64,000 nt of DNA from contig NC_090351.1 of the NCBI RefSeq assembly GCF_035084215.1, positions 20,336,001 to 20,400,000 of the forward strand, written 5' to 3'. Numbering within the stretch: position 1 is the stretch's first letter; every line of letters starts with the position of its first letter. This DNA comes from Heptranchias perlo (lineage: Eukaryota). The notes under the pieces are model-generated. The model was not told where the DNA came from and made no database searches. It worked only from the letters and a program-made list of their open reading frames with translations. Made by a program: the position numbers and the translations under genes. Positions 49,301 through 62,784 of the stretch are shown here, piece after piece.

Positions 49301-49329
49301 ACACCCCATTATAGCATTCAATTGTCTCT

Positions 49330-49710
49330 TTGATTCCAGGATTTTTGCCTTCACTACTCTATCTGGAAGTTTGTTCCACATGTTGATCACTAACGTTGAA
49401 GAAGAACTTACTGATATCTTTCCTAAAACTATTCTCTAATTTGAACCTGTGTCCCCTTGTTCTACTCCTTAAGTTTAATTTAAAGTTAATATTCTGAGTT
49501 AACCTTTTCTATACCTTTAATAATCTTGTATACCTTAATAAGATCACCTCTCAGTCACCTCCTTTCTGGGCTGGAAAGCCTAGGTTTCTCCAGTCTTTCC
49601 TCATAATTCAGACCTCGAACACCAGGTATCAGCCTTGTGCTTCTTCTCTGCCCTACCTCCAGTGCTTCAATGCCTCTCTTGTTTCTTGGCAACTAGAATT
49701 GGATGCAATG
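49330..49710 (-). mobile_element. Decayed CR1 3' fragment
   Basis: aacctgtgtccccttgttcta and taagatcacctctcag. Confidence 0.7.
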
Positions 49711-50099
49711 TTCACCTCCTCTTTCTCTCATCAAACTATACACAGCTTCAGAGTCCCAATAAAAGCAAAGTTATAGAGAAGAGGTATTATAGTAAATGGA
49801 GTCTATATTCATCAGGACAGCTTTATTATTAATGTACTGACACTATATCAAAGAGTTTTACAGTAAGGTGGCACTGGATTGTACTTTGATTGGCAAGTTA
49901 TTTATCGCCAGCTCCAAGCTTGCTATGTTTTAATCCATAGCAACTACAATTGTATTCTGTAATAATATTATAAAGTTAAATAGTAAAAACTGGATAAGTA
50001 TGAAGAAAACACAATCTGTGCATCTAAAAAGGTCTGAAGATAGATTTTTAACATTTAATTATATCCAAATATCTGTTTTAGAAGAAAATGCAACTGCTG

Positions 50100-50515
50100 T
50101 TTTTTTTAAAATTTTCTCCCCTTTTCTCTTCCTCCTTTGCTGAAGGTCCCAACTTTTCCTAAAGCTTCATGGGCACTGCCAACCTCCAGCACCTCGCACA
50201 AATGGCCACTCATCATGGACAAGTCTAGACTGAGTATCCACAGGCTATTCAAATGGGGTGGGGCAACACATCATCACCATGCCTGATCCTGTCCTCACCT
50301 GACAGCCACACAAAAACTTTCCAACAAGAATCACTGAATTGCAATCAGGAACACACCCCTCCCTAGCCTGAAGTGCTGAGGCTAATTGTAACATTCCCCA
50401 CTGTTAGCGCAGCTGAGATCAGCTAACATCAACACAGACCAGGGATCACACCTGGGGCCTTGCTGATCAGGAAGTGCATTTGACTCAAATTGTGTTTTAC
50501 CTGCCAAGCCACGGG
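50100..50515 (-). mobile_element. Old tRNA-derived SINE
   Basis: gctgagatcagctaac...cacagaccagggatcacacctggg (B-box-like). Homologs at 39290-39620 and 59125-61075. Confidence 0.55.
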
Positions 50516-50870
50516 AGCAGCTGTGCTAATAGGGTACTTACAAGAATTTTAAGAATTCCTATTTATGATACAAGTCATGAAATTTAACAAAACACCGTGA
50601 CAAGATTTATCTGAAATCTAAGTTCCAGTGATAATTTGTATCAGTAAATAGAACATTGTGAACTGCTGGAAAGTACTTGGATCAAATGGCAATGATAACT
50701 GAGTTAATAAAAGGATGAGTGTTGGTGAACAAATGCTACTCACAAATAATAAAGAAGCATCAAATCAGTCTTTCCTTGGCAACAAAGCAGTGAAATATTA
50801 GGGCCATGAAATCCTAAGTATAAGTAGTTGTCCAGATTAATAAATGCTGTTTAACTCTTTACTTACTCGA

Positions 50871-53800
50871 CTGGAAGGTGGGACCTGTACAAGCGAGACG
50901 GGTTACACCCGAGCAGGACTGGGACCAATATCCTCGCGGGGGTATTTGCTAGTGCTGTTGGGGAAGGTTTAAACTAGAGTGGCAGGGGGATGGGAACCTT
51001 AGCGGGGAGTCAGAAGGGAGTAAAGTTGAGAGCAGCAAGAAAGGGGAAGACCCAGGGGAAATTTACAATACAAATAGTACAAACAGTTGCTCAAGAACAA
51101 GTGAAAGGGAAAAGCGTAGAGCAGCAGAAAGCAAGTGTACTTCAGGCAATACAGATATAGTGAAAACTGGAAGGCGTAAGGCGATTAACCCAGCATCAAA
51201 GCTGAAGGTCAGGCTAGGGTGTGTGGCCCAACTAAGCGTTCTATATACAAATGCACGGAGTATAAGGAATAAATTAAATGAACTACAGGTTCAAATTCAA
51301 ATTGGAGGGTATGACATGATAGCTATTACTGAGACATGGCTGCAGGATGGTCAGGATTGGGAACTAAATATACCGGGTTATAAGGTCTACAGGAGAGATA
51401 GGGAAAATGGAAGAGGGGGAGGAGTAGCCTTAGTGATTAGAGATGAAATCACTTCAATGATAAAGGAGGATATAACGAGAGGTAAGCAGCCAACAGAGAC
51501 CGTATGGGTTGAATTGAGAAATAGGAAAGGATCTAAGACTATAGAGGGAGTTGTGTATAGGACCTCTGGCAGCAGCTCTGAAGTGCTAGATTGTATAAAT
51601 TCAGAGATTAGACAAGAGTGTAACAAAGGCATAGTGGTCTTAATGGGGGACTTTAACCTTCACATAGATTGGGAAAAGCAGACTAGCAACTGTCAGAAAG
51701 GTAGTGAATTTCTTGAGTGTGTCTGGGATAGTTTTCTACAGCAGTATGTCCTAGAGGCAACAAAGGGGCAAGCCATACTAGATTTAGTAATAAGTAATGA
51801 ACCAGATTTAACTGTGCGTGAACGACTTAACTGTGCATGAACATCTATCCAATAGCGATCATAACATGATCGAGTTCAATGTAATGATTCTAGACTTGAG
51901 TAAGGCTGACTTCAATGGGATGAGACAGAGACTGTCCACAGTAAACTGGGCAAATCTGTTAATGGGTAAAACGACAGATGATCAGTGGGAAATGTTTAAA
52001 GAAACATTTAACGAGATACAGAACCGGTTTATACCCCTGAGGGGCAAGAACTCGACTTGCCAAAAAAAACAGCCATGGACAACTAAAGAGGTAAGGGACA
52101 GTATAAGACATAAGGAAAGGGCATACAAAAAGGCAAAAAATGGCACAGATCCTGTTGAATGGGAAATATACAAAGATCAACAAAGGGTCACAAAACAGAT
52201 AGTAAGAGCTACAAAAAGAGAGTATGAAAAGAAACTTGCAAGGGATATCAAAACCAATACGAAGAACTTTTATAGTTATATTAGGAAAAAAGAGGGTGGT
52301 CAGGAGCAGTGTTGGCCCCTTAAAAACTGAAAGTGGGGATATTGTCATTGACAATGGGGAAATGGCGGACATGTTGAACGATTACTTTGCGTCAGTATTT
52401 ACAGTCGAAAAAGAGGATAGCATGCTGGAAATCCCAAGAAAACTAATACTGAATCGGGAACAGGGACTCGATAAAATTAACATAAGTAAAGCAACAGTAA
52501 TGAAGAAAATAATAGCACTAAAGAGTGAAAAATCCCCAGGACCAGATGGTTTCCATTCCAGGGTTTTAAAGGAAGTCGGTGAGCACATTGCAGATGCCCT
52601 AACTATAATCTTTCAAAGTTCTCTAGATTCAGGAACTGTCCCTCTGGATTGGAAAATTGCACATGTCACTCCGCTTTTAAGAAAGGAGAGAGAGGGAAAC
52701 CAGGGAATTATAGACCAGTTAGCCTAACATCTGATGTGGGGAAATTACTGGAGTCTATAATTAAGGATCGGGTGACTGAACACCTTGAGAATTTTCAGTT
52801 AATCAGAGAGAGCCAGCATGGATTTGTGAAAGGTAGGTCGTGCCTGACAAACCTGATTGAATTTTTTGAAGAGGTGACTAAAGTAGTGGTCAGGGGAGTG
52901 TCAATGGATGTTATTTATATGGACTTCCAGAAGGCATTTGATAAGGTCCCACATAAGAGACTGTTAGCTAAGATAGAAGCCCATGGAATCGAGGGAGAAG
53001 TACGGACTTGGTTAGGAAATTGGCTGAGCGAAAGGCGACAGAGAGTAGGGATAATGGGTAAGTACTCACATTGGCAGGATGTGACTAGTGGAGTCCCGCA
53101 GGGATCTGTCTTAGGGCCTCAATTATTCATAATATTTATTAACGACTTAGATGAAAGCGTAGAAAGTCTCATATCTAAGTTTGCCGATGACACAAAGATT
53201 GGTGGCATTGTAAGTAGTGTAGATGAAAACATAAAATTACAAAGCGTTATTGATAGATTAGGTGAATGGGCAAAACTGTGGCAAATGGAATTCAATGTAG
53301 ACAAATGTGAGGTTATCCACTTTGGATCAAAAAAGGATAGAACAGCGTACTTTCTAAATGGTAAAAGGTTAAAAACAGTGGATGTCTTAGGGGTTCAGGT
53401 ACATATATCATTGAAGTGTCATGAACAGGTGCAGAAAATAATCAATAAGGCTAATGGAATGCTGGCATTTATGTCAAGAGGACTGGAGTACAAGGGGGCA
53501 GAAGTTATGCTGCAGCTATACAAAACCTTGGTTAGACCGCACCTGGAGTACTGTGAGCAGTTCTGGGCACCGCACCTTCAGAAGGACATATTGACCTTGG
53601 AGGAAGTGCAGCGTAGGTTTACTAGAATGATACCCGGACTTCAAAGGTTAAGTTATGAGGAGAGATTACACAAATTGGGGTTGTATTCTCTGGAGTTTCG
53701 AAGTTTAAGGGGTGACCTGATCAAAGTTTATAAGGTATTAAGGGGAACAGATAGGGTGGATAGAAAGAAACTATTTCCGCTGGTTGGGGATTCTAGGACT

Positions 53801-54083
53801 AGGGGGCACAGTCTAAAAATTAGAGCCAGACCTTTCAGGAGCGAGATTAGAAAACATTTCTACACACAAAGGGTGGTAGAAGTTTGGAACTCTCTTCCGC
53901 AAACGGCAATTGATACTAGCTCAATTGCTAAATTTAAATCTGAGATAGATAGCTTTTTGGCAACCAAAGGTATTAAGGGATATGGGCCAAAGGCAGGTAT
54001 ATGGAGTTAGATCACAGATCAGCCATGATCTTATCAAATGGCGGAGCAGGCACGAGGGGCTGAATGGCCTACTCCTGTTCCTC
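50871..54083 (+). mobile_element. Long CR1 LINE: ORF1 end plus complete but frameshifted ORF2 (APE + RT)
   Basis: ORF1 SGNH-esterase end RWDLYKRDGLHPSRTG...LN* (50977). APE motifs YTNARS, ITETWL, MGDFN, SDHN. RT motifs DFQKAFD, GVPQGS, FADD. Frameshifts near 51820, 52290 and 52680. CR1 tail present. Confidence 0.95.
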
Positions 54084-56768
54084 TATCATTTAGCTGTACA
54101 CACCAATTTTGAAGTCTGTAAGGTTAAATATTATAACCCTGGAAAATCAGGTAGCGCAATACTATCATACAAATGCTTAATGCATTTGTATGAAATTCCT
54201 CTGTCCACTATTTTAACAGAGGCATTAACCCATTTGTTCATAATGACCTAATGCCTGTTAAATTAGCAAAGACATTTCCTATGAACATATTTGTATAATA
54301 ATATTGCATCACATAATTTCCAGACAATGGCATGTATCTATTTCTATATACACATACATATTATTATGACAAAGAGACTATCTCAACTGGCGGTGAATTA
54401 TTGAGCTCCTTTATGAGTGTGAAAGTCTTCCTGGAATATATAATTATTGTTGAACTATTCTCTTTATCTATAGCCCATCATCTCTAAATTGAGTCTCACG
54501 AGCAATTTCAAATGAATTCTGAAACACCAAAAGACTCCAGATAATTTTCAAGGTGAGAAGTAACCAGATTTTCACATTTGTGTGAATTAACAGTAAATCG
54601 GTCCTGGGCCTTTAAAATTAAAATTAACTGCTTCTGAATATATCTATTTTTTAAGGTTCTTTGTTACGAATCCAAGTCCTAAATATCTTTTGGACTCAGA
54701 AGTTTTCAATCAGTCGAGCAACCAATGTGATAGAAGATATATTTCAGAGGCTGAAAGGTTGATAAACATTTCCATACTTTCTTCCAATTCCAATGTATCC
54801 ATTTTCAACATCCTACAAATATGACGACTCTGTGAATTTGAATCAAATTGACTTCAGAAACATTTAGAAATAGACTGATTTTTCCTTTATAAGATATATT
54901 TTTGTTGCTGGTGACACAACTTCAATCCATCACACTCTGATCTATTTTCAGCTACTGCATTACTCAGTCTACTGATCAAAAGTGATGACATTAAGGCTTA
55001 AATGCCAATCCAATAACTTCAGCTCCTCTGAGTAAAAAATTGCAGCAACAGGTTTATGAAGCCAATGTCTTTTTTTAAGCAAGTCAATGAGTGCAGATAT
55101 AGGATGGTGAGAGTAGGTAAAGGTGCGGAGGAGGAATGGATGGCTTTTAACACAATTAATAAAAATGAGTTTTAGAATAGTTATGAGGTCAAAAGAAAGG
55201 CAGCCTATACACAACAGCAAAAGAAATCTGAATAAAATTTGTTAGCCATTTTTCTGGTTGACAGAGTTAAATAGACAGCTAGGTCCTTTAAAAAATAATA
55301 TTATGCATGGATAGGAAATGAAAGAGGTTTCACATGAATTCTATACATTCATTTTCATTTCTAAAAATGGAATAGGAAAAAAGCCCAAAAGGTCAGCTCC
55401 TGAGAAAAGGTTGTGCAAAATTCCTCTCTGCTCCCCCCCCCAACCCAAGATAAATTGAGCAAAATTCCAGAATATCTATCTGACCGTACATCCTACATGG
55501 CAAAGATAAACCAATGAAAAGTAAAATTTAGATCAGAAAACAGAAGGAATAAATGTCTGAGGTAATTGGCCAATAAAAATAATAGAGATGAAAACTTCAG
55601 GGGCATTTAAAACACAGTTGGATACTAGACTGGGAATACTAATAGGACAAGCTTGTGTCAGTTGAAAGGCCTTTTCTCATGATTTATTAATTCTTGATTG
55701 GTTTCAGTTTTGCTTTCCCTGGGATGGTAGTTACATTGTCCCAGCAGCTCACACACAACATTCAGTCACCTTTTTCTGTACTTCCCTTTACAACTCTCAG
55801 TGCTGTTCTTCAATGGCACAGCATTAATTAGTTTCACTACATCTCTGATGCATATATCCGCCATTCTGTAGGATGAAACACTCCTTTTAAAGTCTTGCCT
55901 GAAGCTAGTTTAATTTTATACTCCTGTCCCTCTCGTTACGAGCTCACAGTCCATACTAAATAACGTTACTTTTTCTAAATAGTCTGTTCCTCATTTCTTC
56001 AGCGTTTTAAAAATATGGCTCATGTACTTCTCAATCATCTTTGGTTCCTCAGATTTTTTTTGAGCATAGAAAGAAATCAAGGGCTCTGGCTTTCAGCCAA
56101 GTGTTTGCTCTTTGATCTTCACACGCATATGTCCTATATTCCTAGTTCCTTGAGTTGTTACTTTCACCCCCTTTAAACACCTCATCTCTACCAATATTGA
56201 ATCAAATCCAAAAATTGGCCCTGATTGTTTGTTGCTTCATGTACTAATCTCAAAACTCTCCCTGCTGGAGGACATAAAGGGAAGGGGCCTGATGTAAATT
56301 ATGTTATTTGAATTGAATTGATAAGAGTTTATGGCAATAACTCTAAGAAGTACATCAAAACAAAGGAAACATGCTAGAAGGTGACCAAAACAACAATCTA
56401 ACATGAACAGATTCTAAATAGATACAATTATGTATTGATATACCAAATGAACGATGTCACTTTTGGCCATGTTTATAAATTGTTGACTGCAGGCATAAGG
56501 AATACAGTGAAACAATACCATTAAATCAAATAATTGTAGATAGGCAATAATTGTGGATTTTAGTTGTTTTATACATTTTACTCAGGACCCCTTTGAGGAT
56601 TTCAATGACCTTATATTTTAGAATTTGTTCCTTCTAAATTCTATTTAAAACCTAAGCATGAATTTTATAAAGCTAAAGTCAAAAAGGTAGAAAAATTAAA
56701 GTAATTAATTTTGTCTTATCAAAAGTTGCACTTGCAAAAATCCAACTTTCAGATGCAATGGAGTTTGA

Positions 56769-58861
56769 GGCCCCGTTTTTAGATTGGAGGCGGGATGGCA
56801 GCGGGGGGGGCGGGGGGGAGGTGAATGGGCGGGCGGGTAACCCGACCAATTAAAAATGTCCGTCTCCCATGAGATAGTGATTCAATTGGTACCACTTAAC
56901 ATGGCTTCCAGGTTTTCCGTCCGAAAGCTGCGCAGTGGGCGGACTGTGCACCTGCATTACAGGCCGTCAGCTGAGGGAATTCTATTTAAAGGGCCATTGC
57001 TCCAATGGCTTTTCCTGAAGCAAACACACACACACACACACACCACAATGGAGCAACACAGGGGCAAGGCTGCTCCAAGATTCAATGATGCCTCACTTCA
57101 GGTGCTACTGGATGGGGTAAGGAGGAGGGATCGGTTTTACCCGGCGGACGGGAGGAAGTGCCCTGCCTCTGCCACCAAGAAGGCCTAGCTCGAGGTGGCA
57201 GAGGAGGTCACCAGCAGCAGCAACATCTCACGCTCATGGGTCCAGTGCAGGAAGCGCGTCAATGACCTAACTAGGTCAGCAAAAGTAAGTACACTTATTG
57301 ATTCTCCTACATTCTGTGTTCCACATCACCGCCCCCACCCCGCCAAACTCATTCGGCACTGCCAACACTACTCTATCACATCACTCCTCAACCCCACTTA
57401 AGGCTCATCCTCAACTTACCTCCACTTCCTCACCTACCCATTAGTCACCCCACCTCTACCACTCAAGCCAACCCTCATCCAAAGTCATGGCTCTGTCTCA
57501 TACTCACCCTCTGATGCATCTCTTTCACGGTCAGCCTCACCAAAACCAATGCATTCATTGGTTGGCCACGTCACCATCACTCACTCGCACCTCTGTTCTT
57601 TTTCCCCTTCTAGGAGAAGAGAGTGCAAAATGCATGGGAAAGGGCGAGGACTGGAGGGGGGCTGCAACAAACCATCGTCTTTACAGACGCAAGCAGGAGG
57701 TCCTGGAACTCAGCCAAACCCTAGAGTGTCTGTCCGTCGGGGATACCGAGACTGGCACCCCATAAACGCCTGGTGGCACAACTTTAACAATCACGCACAA
57801 TATGAGTTGAAGTTAACGTGCCTTGCAATCTTCAGCACCTCAGTATGCTCATCGCAACATGACACATCTGTGATGATGCTTATTATTGCCTTCTGTTCTC
57901 TTACAGGGCCTTCAGCGACTGCTGTGACAGCAGGGGGCAATTCTTCAGAGGATCTGCTGGCCTCTGAGGGGGCACCGTCACATCTTAGCGAGCCATCCAC
58001 CAGCGCAGATACTCACACCTCGGTGGTCCTAGTCCTCAGTTAGTTGGGTTGGCACCTGGTGAGTTACCACACACGTGAGTACGAGCAGACACTGATGGCA
58101 GGGGCAGCTGCAGAGAGTCCGTGTCGGTGGCAGCACTTCTCTCTGGGCTCTGCTCAGCTGGACGGAGATGTGGAACCCTGGGGGCCATCCTTTAAAATGA
58201 GAATGATTGAGGGACAGCAGCACATTCGCGAGGTACTGTAGAAGGTGCCATATGCGCACTGTCCATAATAGTGCAGAGGATGGAGGAGTCCAACTCCTGC
58301 ATGAGTGGAATGGTAGCACAGGTACAGGGCGGGGGGGGGGGGGGGAATCTGAGATAGTGTCACAGGGACCTGAGCAACACTCTGAGTTGGTGTCACAGTT
58401 AAGTGTGGGAATGTCTGCAATGGAGAGAAGGCTACCCTCTGTTGAGCTTCAAGCACGGCTCACAAATGAGTTTGTGTGAAAGAACTGAGTGCCCTGCAGC
58501 AAGAACTCACCTTTTCTCCCCATCTTTCAAACAAGCATTTAAATGTCCCACTGGCTGCTGGCTGAAACACGTCTGGCAGAACATACAGTGTTTCCCACAG
58601 CATGGGGATGTTTCAAAATCAGACCCCTGTCTTAATGTGGACAAAATTAGGTACTTTAAATATCTAAATAAGCGTCTTAACTATCATCCCGCCAGCTTTA
58701 ATTGCCAGTGGGACTTCCACATTCGGAAGGTGCGCGTGCACCCAGACGCGTCAATGGGGATTCCGGAAGCCTGCAGGTTGGAGCCGGATTCCGGACGCGC
58801 TCGGGATTTCCGAGATTTTCGGAGCCCCCCCGCCCTCAACTTCACTGGAAAATCGAACCCC
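56769..58861 (+). mobile_element. PIF/Harbinger element retaining only the Myb/SANT gene
   Basis: Ends GGCCCCGTTTTT / rc GGGGTTCGATTTT, flanked by TGA/TAA. Contains the Myb-like gene. No transposase motifs seen. Confidence 0.8.
57048..58480 (+). pseudogene. Spliced Myb/SANT-like (Myb_DNA-bind_5, NAIF1/MSANTD-like) gene, disabled
   Basis: Exon 1 57048-57284 MEQHRGKAAPRFNDASLQVLLDGV...KKA*LEVAEEV...RSWVQCRKRVNDLTRSAK|gtaagt. Exon 2 57614-57772 ag|EKRVQNAWERARTGGG. Exon 3 from 57907. Contains stops and frameshifts. Confidence 0.8.
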
Positions 58862-59124
58862 TAATGTATTCAAGAGAATGAGGTAGTTTGTAATGACACA
58901 GGTAACTTAGACTTAGACAGTTTGGGACTGCTATGCCGATTTTGATATGCTAGGAGCAAACTGGGAATGGGTAAAAATCGATTATACTTTCCTCGTAATC
59001 TGTTTGTATCTGAATTACACAAATTAACACTACATTACCAGCTTATATGCAAATACTTGAACAAGAGAAAGAATACTTTTCTATTAGAGTTTTGTAGCAT
59101 TGTAACTCACACATTTTATGATTC

Positions 59125-61075
59125 TTTTTAATCCCGGTTTTTCTTCTCTTCACTTCTCTTGAAGGTAGTACTCTAGGTCTTAGCACAGAGTGAACATTCC
59201 TCATGTATGAACCGAGACAGTGAGCATCAACAGGCTATTTGCCATTCAGCCCAATTGTGTCCTTACCCAATGTCTACACATGCACACTTTCCAGCAGGAG
59301 TCAATGAATAACAGTCAAAAGTTTTTTTTTTAAATTCGTTCATGGGATGTGGGCATCGCTGGCAAGGCCAGCATTTATTGCCCATCCCTAATTGCCCTTG
59401 AGAAGTTGATGGTGAGCTGCCTTCTTGAACCGCTGCAGTCCGGGTGGTGAAGGTTCTCCCACAGTATTGTTAGGTCGGGAGTTCCAGAATTTTGACGCGG
59501 CGACGATGAAGGAACGGCGATATATTTCCAAGTCGGGATGGTGTGTGACTTGGAGGGGAACGTGCAGGTGGTGTTGTTCCCATGTGCCTGCTGCTCTTGT
59601 CCTTCGAGGTGGTAGAGGTCATTGTTTTGGGAGGTGCTGTCGAAGAAGCCTTGGCGAGTTGCTGCAGTGCATCCTGTGGATGGTACACATTGCAGCCACT
59701 GTGGAGGGAGTGAATGTTTAGGGTGGTGGATGGGGTGCCAATCAAGCAGTCTGCTTTGTCCTGCATGGTGTCGAGCTTCTTGAGTGTTGTTGGAGCTGCA
59801 CCCCTCCAGGCAAGTGGAGAGTATTCCATCATACTCCTGACTTGTGCCTTGTAGATGATGGAAAGGCTTTGGGGAGTCAGGAGGTGAGTCTCAGACCTGC
59901 TCTTGTAGCCACAGTATTTATGTGGCTTGTCCAGTTAAGTTTCTGGTCAATGGTGACTCCCAGGATGTTGATGGTGGGGGATTCGGCGATGGTAATGCCG
60001 TTGAATGTCAAGGGGAGGTAGTTAGATTCTCTCTTGTTGGAGATGATCATTGCCTGGCACTTGTCTGGTGCGAATGTTACTTGCCACTTATCAGCCCAAG
60101 CCTGGATGTTGTCCAGGTCTTGCTGCATGCGGGCACGGACTGCTTTGTTATCTGAGGGGTTGCGAATGGAATTGAACACTGTGCAATCATCAGCAAACAT
60201 CCCCATTTCTGACCTTATGATGGAGGGAAGGTCATTGATGAAGCAGCTGAAGATGGTTGGGCCAAGGACACTGCCCTGAGGAACTCCTGCAGCAATGCCC
60301 TGGGGCTGGGATGATTGGCCTCCAACAACCACTACCATCTTCCTTTGTGCTAGGTATGACTCCAGCCACTGGAGAGTTTTCCCCCTGATTTCCATTGACT
60401 TCAATTTTACTAGGGCTCCTTGGTGCCACACTCGGTCAAATGCTGCCTTGATGTCAAGGGCAGTTACTCTCACCTCACCTCTGGAATTCAGCTCTTTTGT
60501 CCATGTTTGGACCAAGGCTGTAATGAGGTCTGGAGCCGAGTGGTCCTGGCGGAACCCAAACTGAGCATCGGTGAGCAGGTTATTGGTGAGTAAGTGCCGC
60601 TTGATAGCACTGTCGACGACATCTTCCATCACTTTGCTGATGATTGAGAGTAGACTGATGGGGCGATAATTGGCCGGATTGGATTTGTCCTGCTTTTTGT
60701 GGACAGGACATACCTGGGCAATTTTCCACATTGTCGGGTAGATGCCTGTGTTGTAGCTGTACTGGAACAGTTTGGCTAGAGGCGCAGCTAGTTCTGGAGC
60801 ACAAGTCTTCAGCACTACAGCCGAGATGTTGTCAAGGCCCATAGCCTTTGTTAAATCCAGTGCACTCAGCCGTTAATTGATATCACGTGGGGTGAATTGA
60901 ATTGGCTGAAGACTGGCTTCAGTGAGAACCCTGGAAATTTATTTTCCATCAGGTGTAGGGATACTGATGTTAACTGTAGTATTCTTGCTGCTCTTGCAGC
61001 AATCAGCTGATTCCACTACTCCTGCTCCTGCTCCTATTTCTTATGTTCTTCTTATGTTCTTATTCAATACAGACC
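59125..61075 (-). mobile_element. Old SINE (59125-59320 + 60921-61075) split by a LINE
   Basis: cactttccagcaggagtca|...|agtgagaaccctgg parallels 50310-50450. A short CR1 tail is also present at 61020-61062. Confidence 0.5.
59322..60920 (-). mobile_element. CR1-group (Zenon/Crack-like) LINE, 5'-truncated, with RT domain
   Basis: ORF 59877-60842: NYRPISLLS, QFGFR, LDIKAAFDRVWH, GVPQGSVLGP, FADD. Poly(T) at 59322-59332. Same family as 40020-40971. Confidence 0.9.
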
Positions 61076-62784
61076 AGTGATGAAAATAGGGGCCTACCTA
61101 GTTTGCATGGCTCGGTATCAGACTGGGCATCACATGTTACCTTACATGTCTTGCAACTTGCATTACTGGTAGAAAATTAGAACTTTTAAAACAATGCACC
61201 TATTAATATAATGTGTATGCACGTCTAATTCTGTATCAGTGAACTTGACTGTATTGGTCATTTTCTGCAAGATTGAAGATGTTACTGGCAGGGATATTTG
61301 ATGAACTTGCCTTTGAAATACACCATGCTAAAAAAAACACAATTTTTTTTGTGAGATGTTTTGTCAGAAAAATGATGATTGATCAATGAATTCTATTAGT
61401 TTCCTTTCCTTTAAAACTGTTCAAATGCACATGAGGCAGCTTTACATTTCACAGTTTTCACTTTCTGCAATAAATGCTTTTCGTGCTTTTGTATTTGATT
61501 AATCAGAATGTAATTATAAGTAATTCAATGAACCCTGCATTCATGTCCAATGACTCAGACCATTTTTGGTACATTATGACACAAGTGCAGTGCGCCAATA
61601 CAGACAATGGAAACATTTATTCCACAATATATGCTTTTCATTTTTCTTTCAATTTTTCCTCTCCTTTCTGAAAAGCACGGATTCAAACTGGTCCATGTTC
61701 AAGGAGATTAATTAACATTAATAGACACAGGGTACTCAAGACAAATTGTAACTTTAGCTGTAAATAATCCAGCTCCCTTATACTGTCAGGCACAGTAACT
61801 CATCTAAGGTAGTTTTTGGTTGCCTTTTATAAAGTGCACATTCTATCGCCACAAAGACATCATTTATCGAAGTCCAGGAATTTTAGTGCAGATTGCAAGA
61901 GGTAAGGCTTAAGGGCCTCCAAATCTTTGTAGGGATAACTAGTTAAAAATTACAAGACTTAGTAGCATGGAACTTCCAACTGCTTATCCATTTAGGCCAA
62001 CCTAACCACCAGAGTGTCGACTTTCAAAATTACCTGGAGCTTAATCAGAAGAATCCCAGAACCCAGTGACAGATCTGCCTCTCCAGATCCCAGCAATGAG
62101 TGAGGTTGGCTAATCAATTATCAACACCATCCTGGAGTATTCAGGACCTATGAAGGATTGCCTCAGTTTGAATTTCCCATCTCCACGAATGTCAACTCCA
62201 AACGCAGAGAGACCTTGTTCACCACCCTACGGCAAATAATCAGCGGCTCTCACTGTTTACCATCCAGGCATTCAAGGTACATTTTATATAAATTGCAACA
62301 CTTCAAACGCTACATTTCAAAGTTTCAAATAAATTTTGAAAAAGACAGTCATTTTCAGTTAGTTTTCTGATGTCAAAAACCTGGCCTCTCCTCAAGAGCA
62401 GAGTTCAGGATTGACAGGCAGCCAATCTACAGCAACTTGCTTCTGCACATAACCCCTAAAGGGAATCAGGATGTGCCTATTTAGACAACTTCACCATAAC
62501 GGATCAGTAGCTTTAAAAAAGTCAGGTCATGTTGAACACACCTACTTCTTAGTGCCCAAACATCAAAACCATGCTCCAGACTGCCAGTTAGCAATATCAC
62601 AGGAGATCAGCTAGTGAATATAAAAAAGGTCTTTCCAGACAGTCAGAATTGTTTTTATGATTTTTTGCAACAGATACTGTTGGTGAGATATATGCTTTAA
62701 TGTGACTTAACAGTATCCATTATTATATGACTCCTTCATTGACTTCTGCATTTTACAGGAGGTGATGCTGAATACAGCATGATG

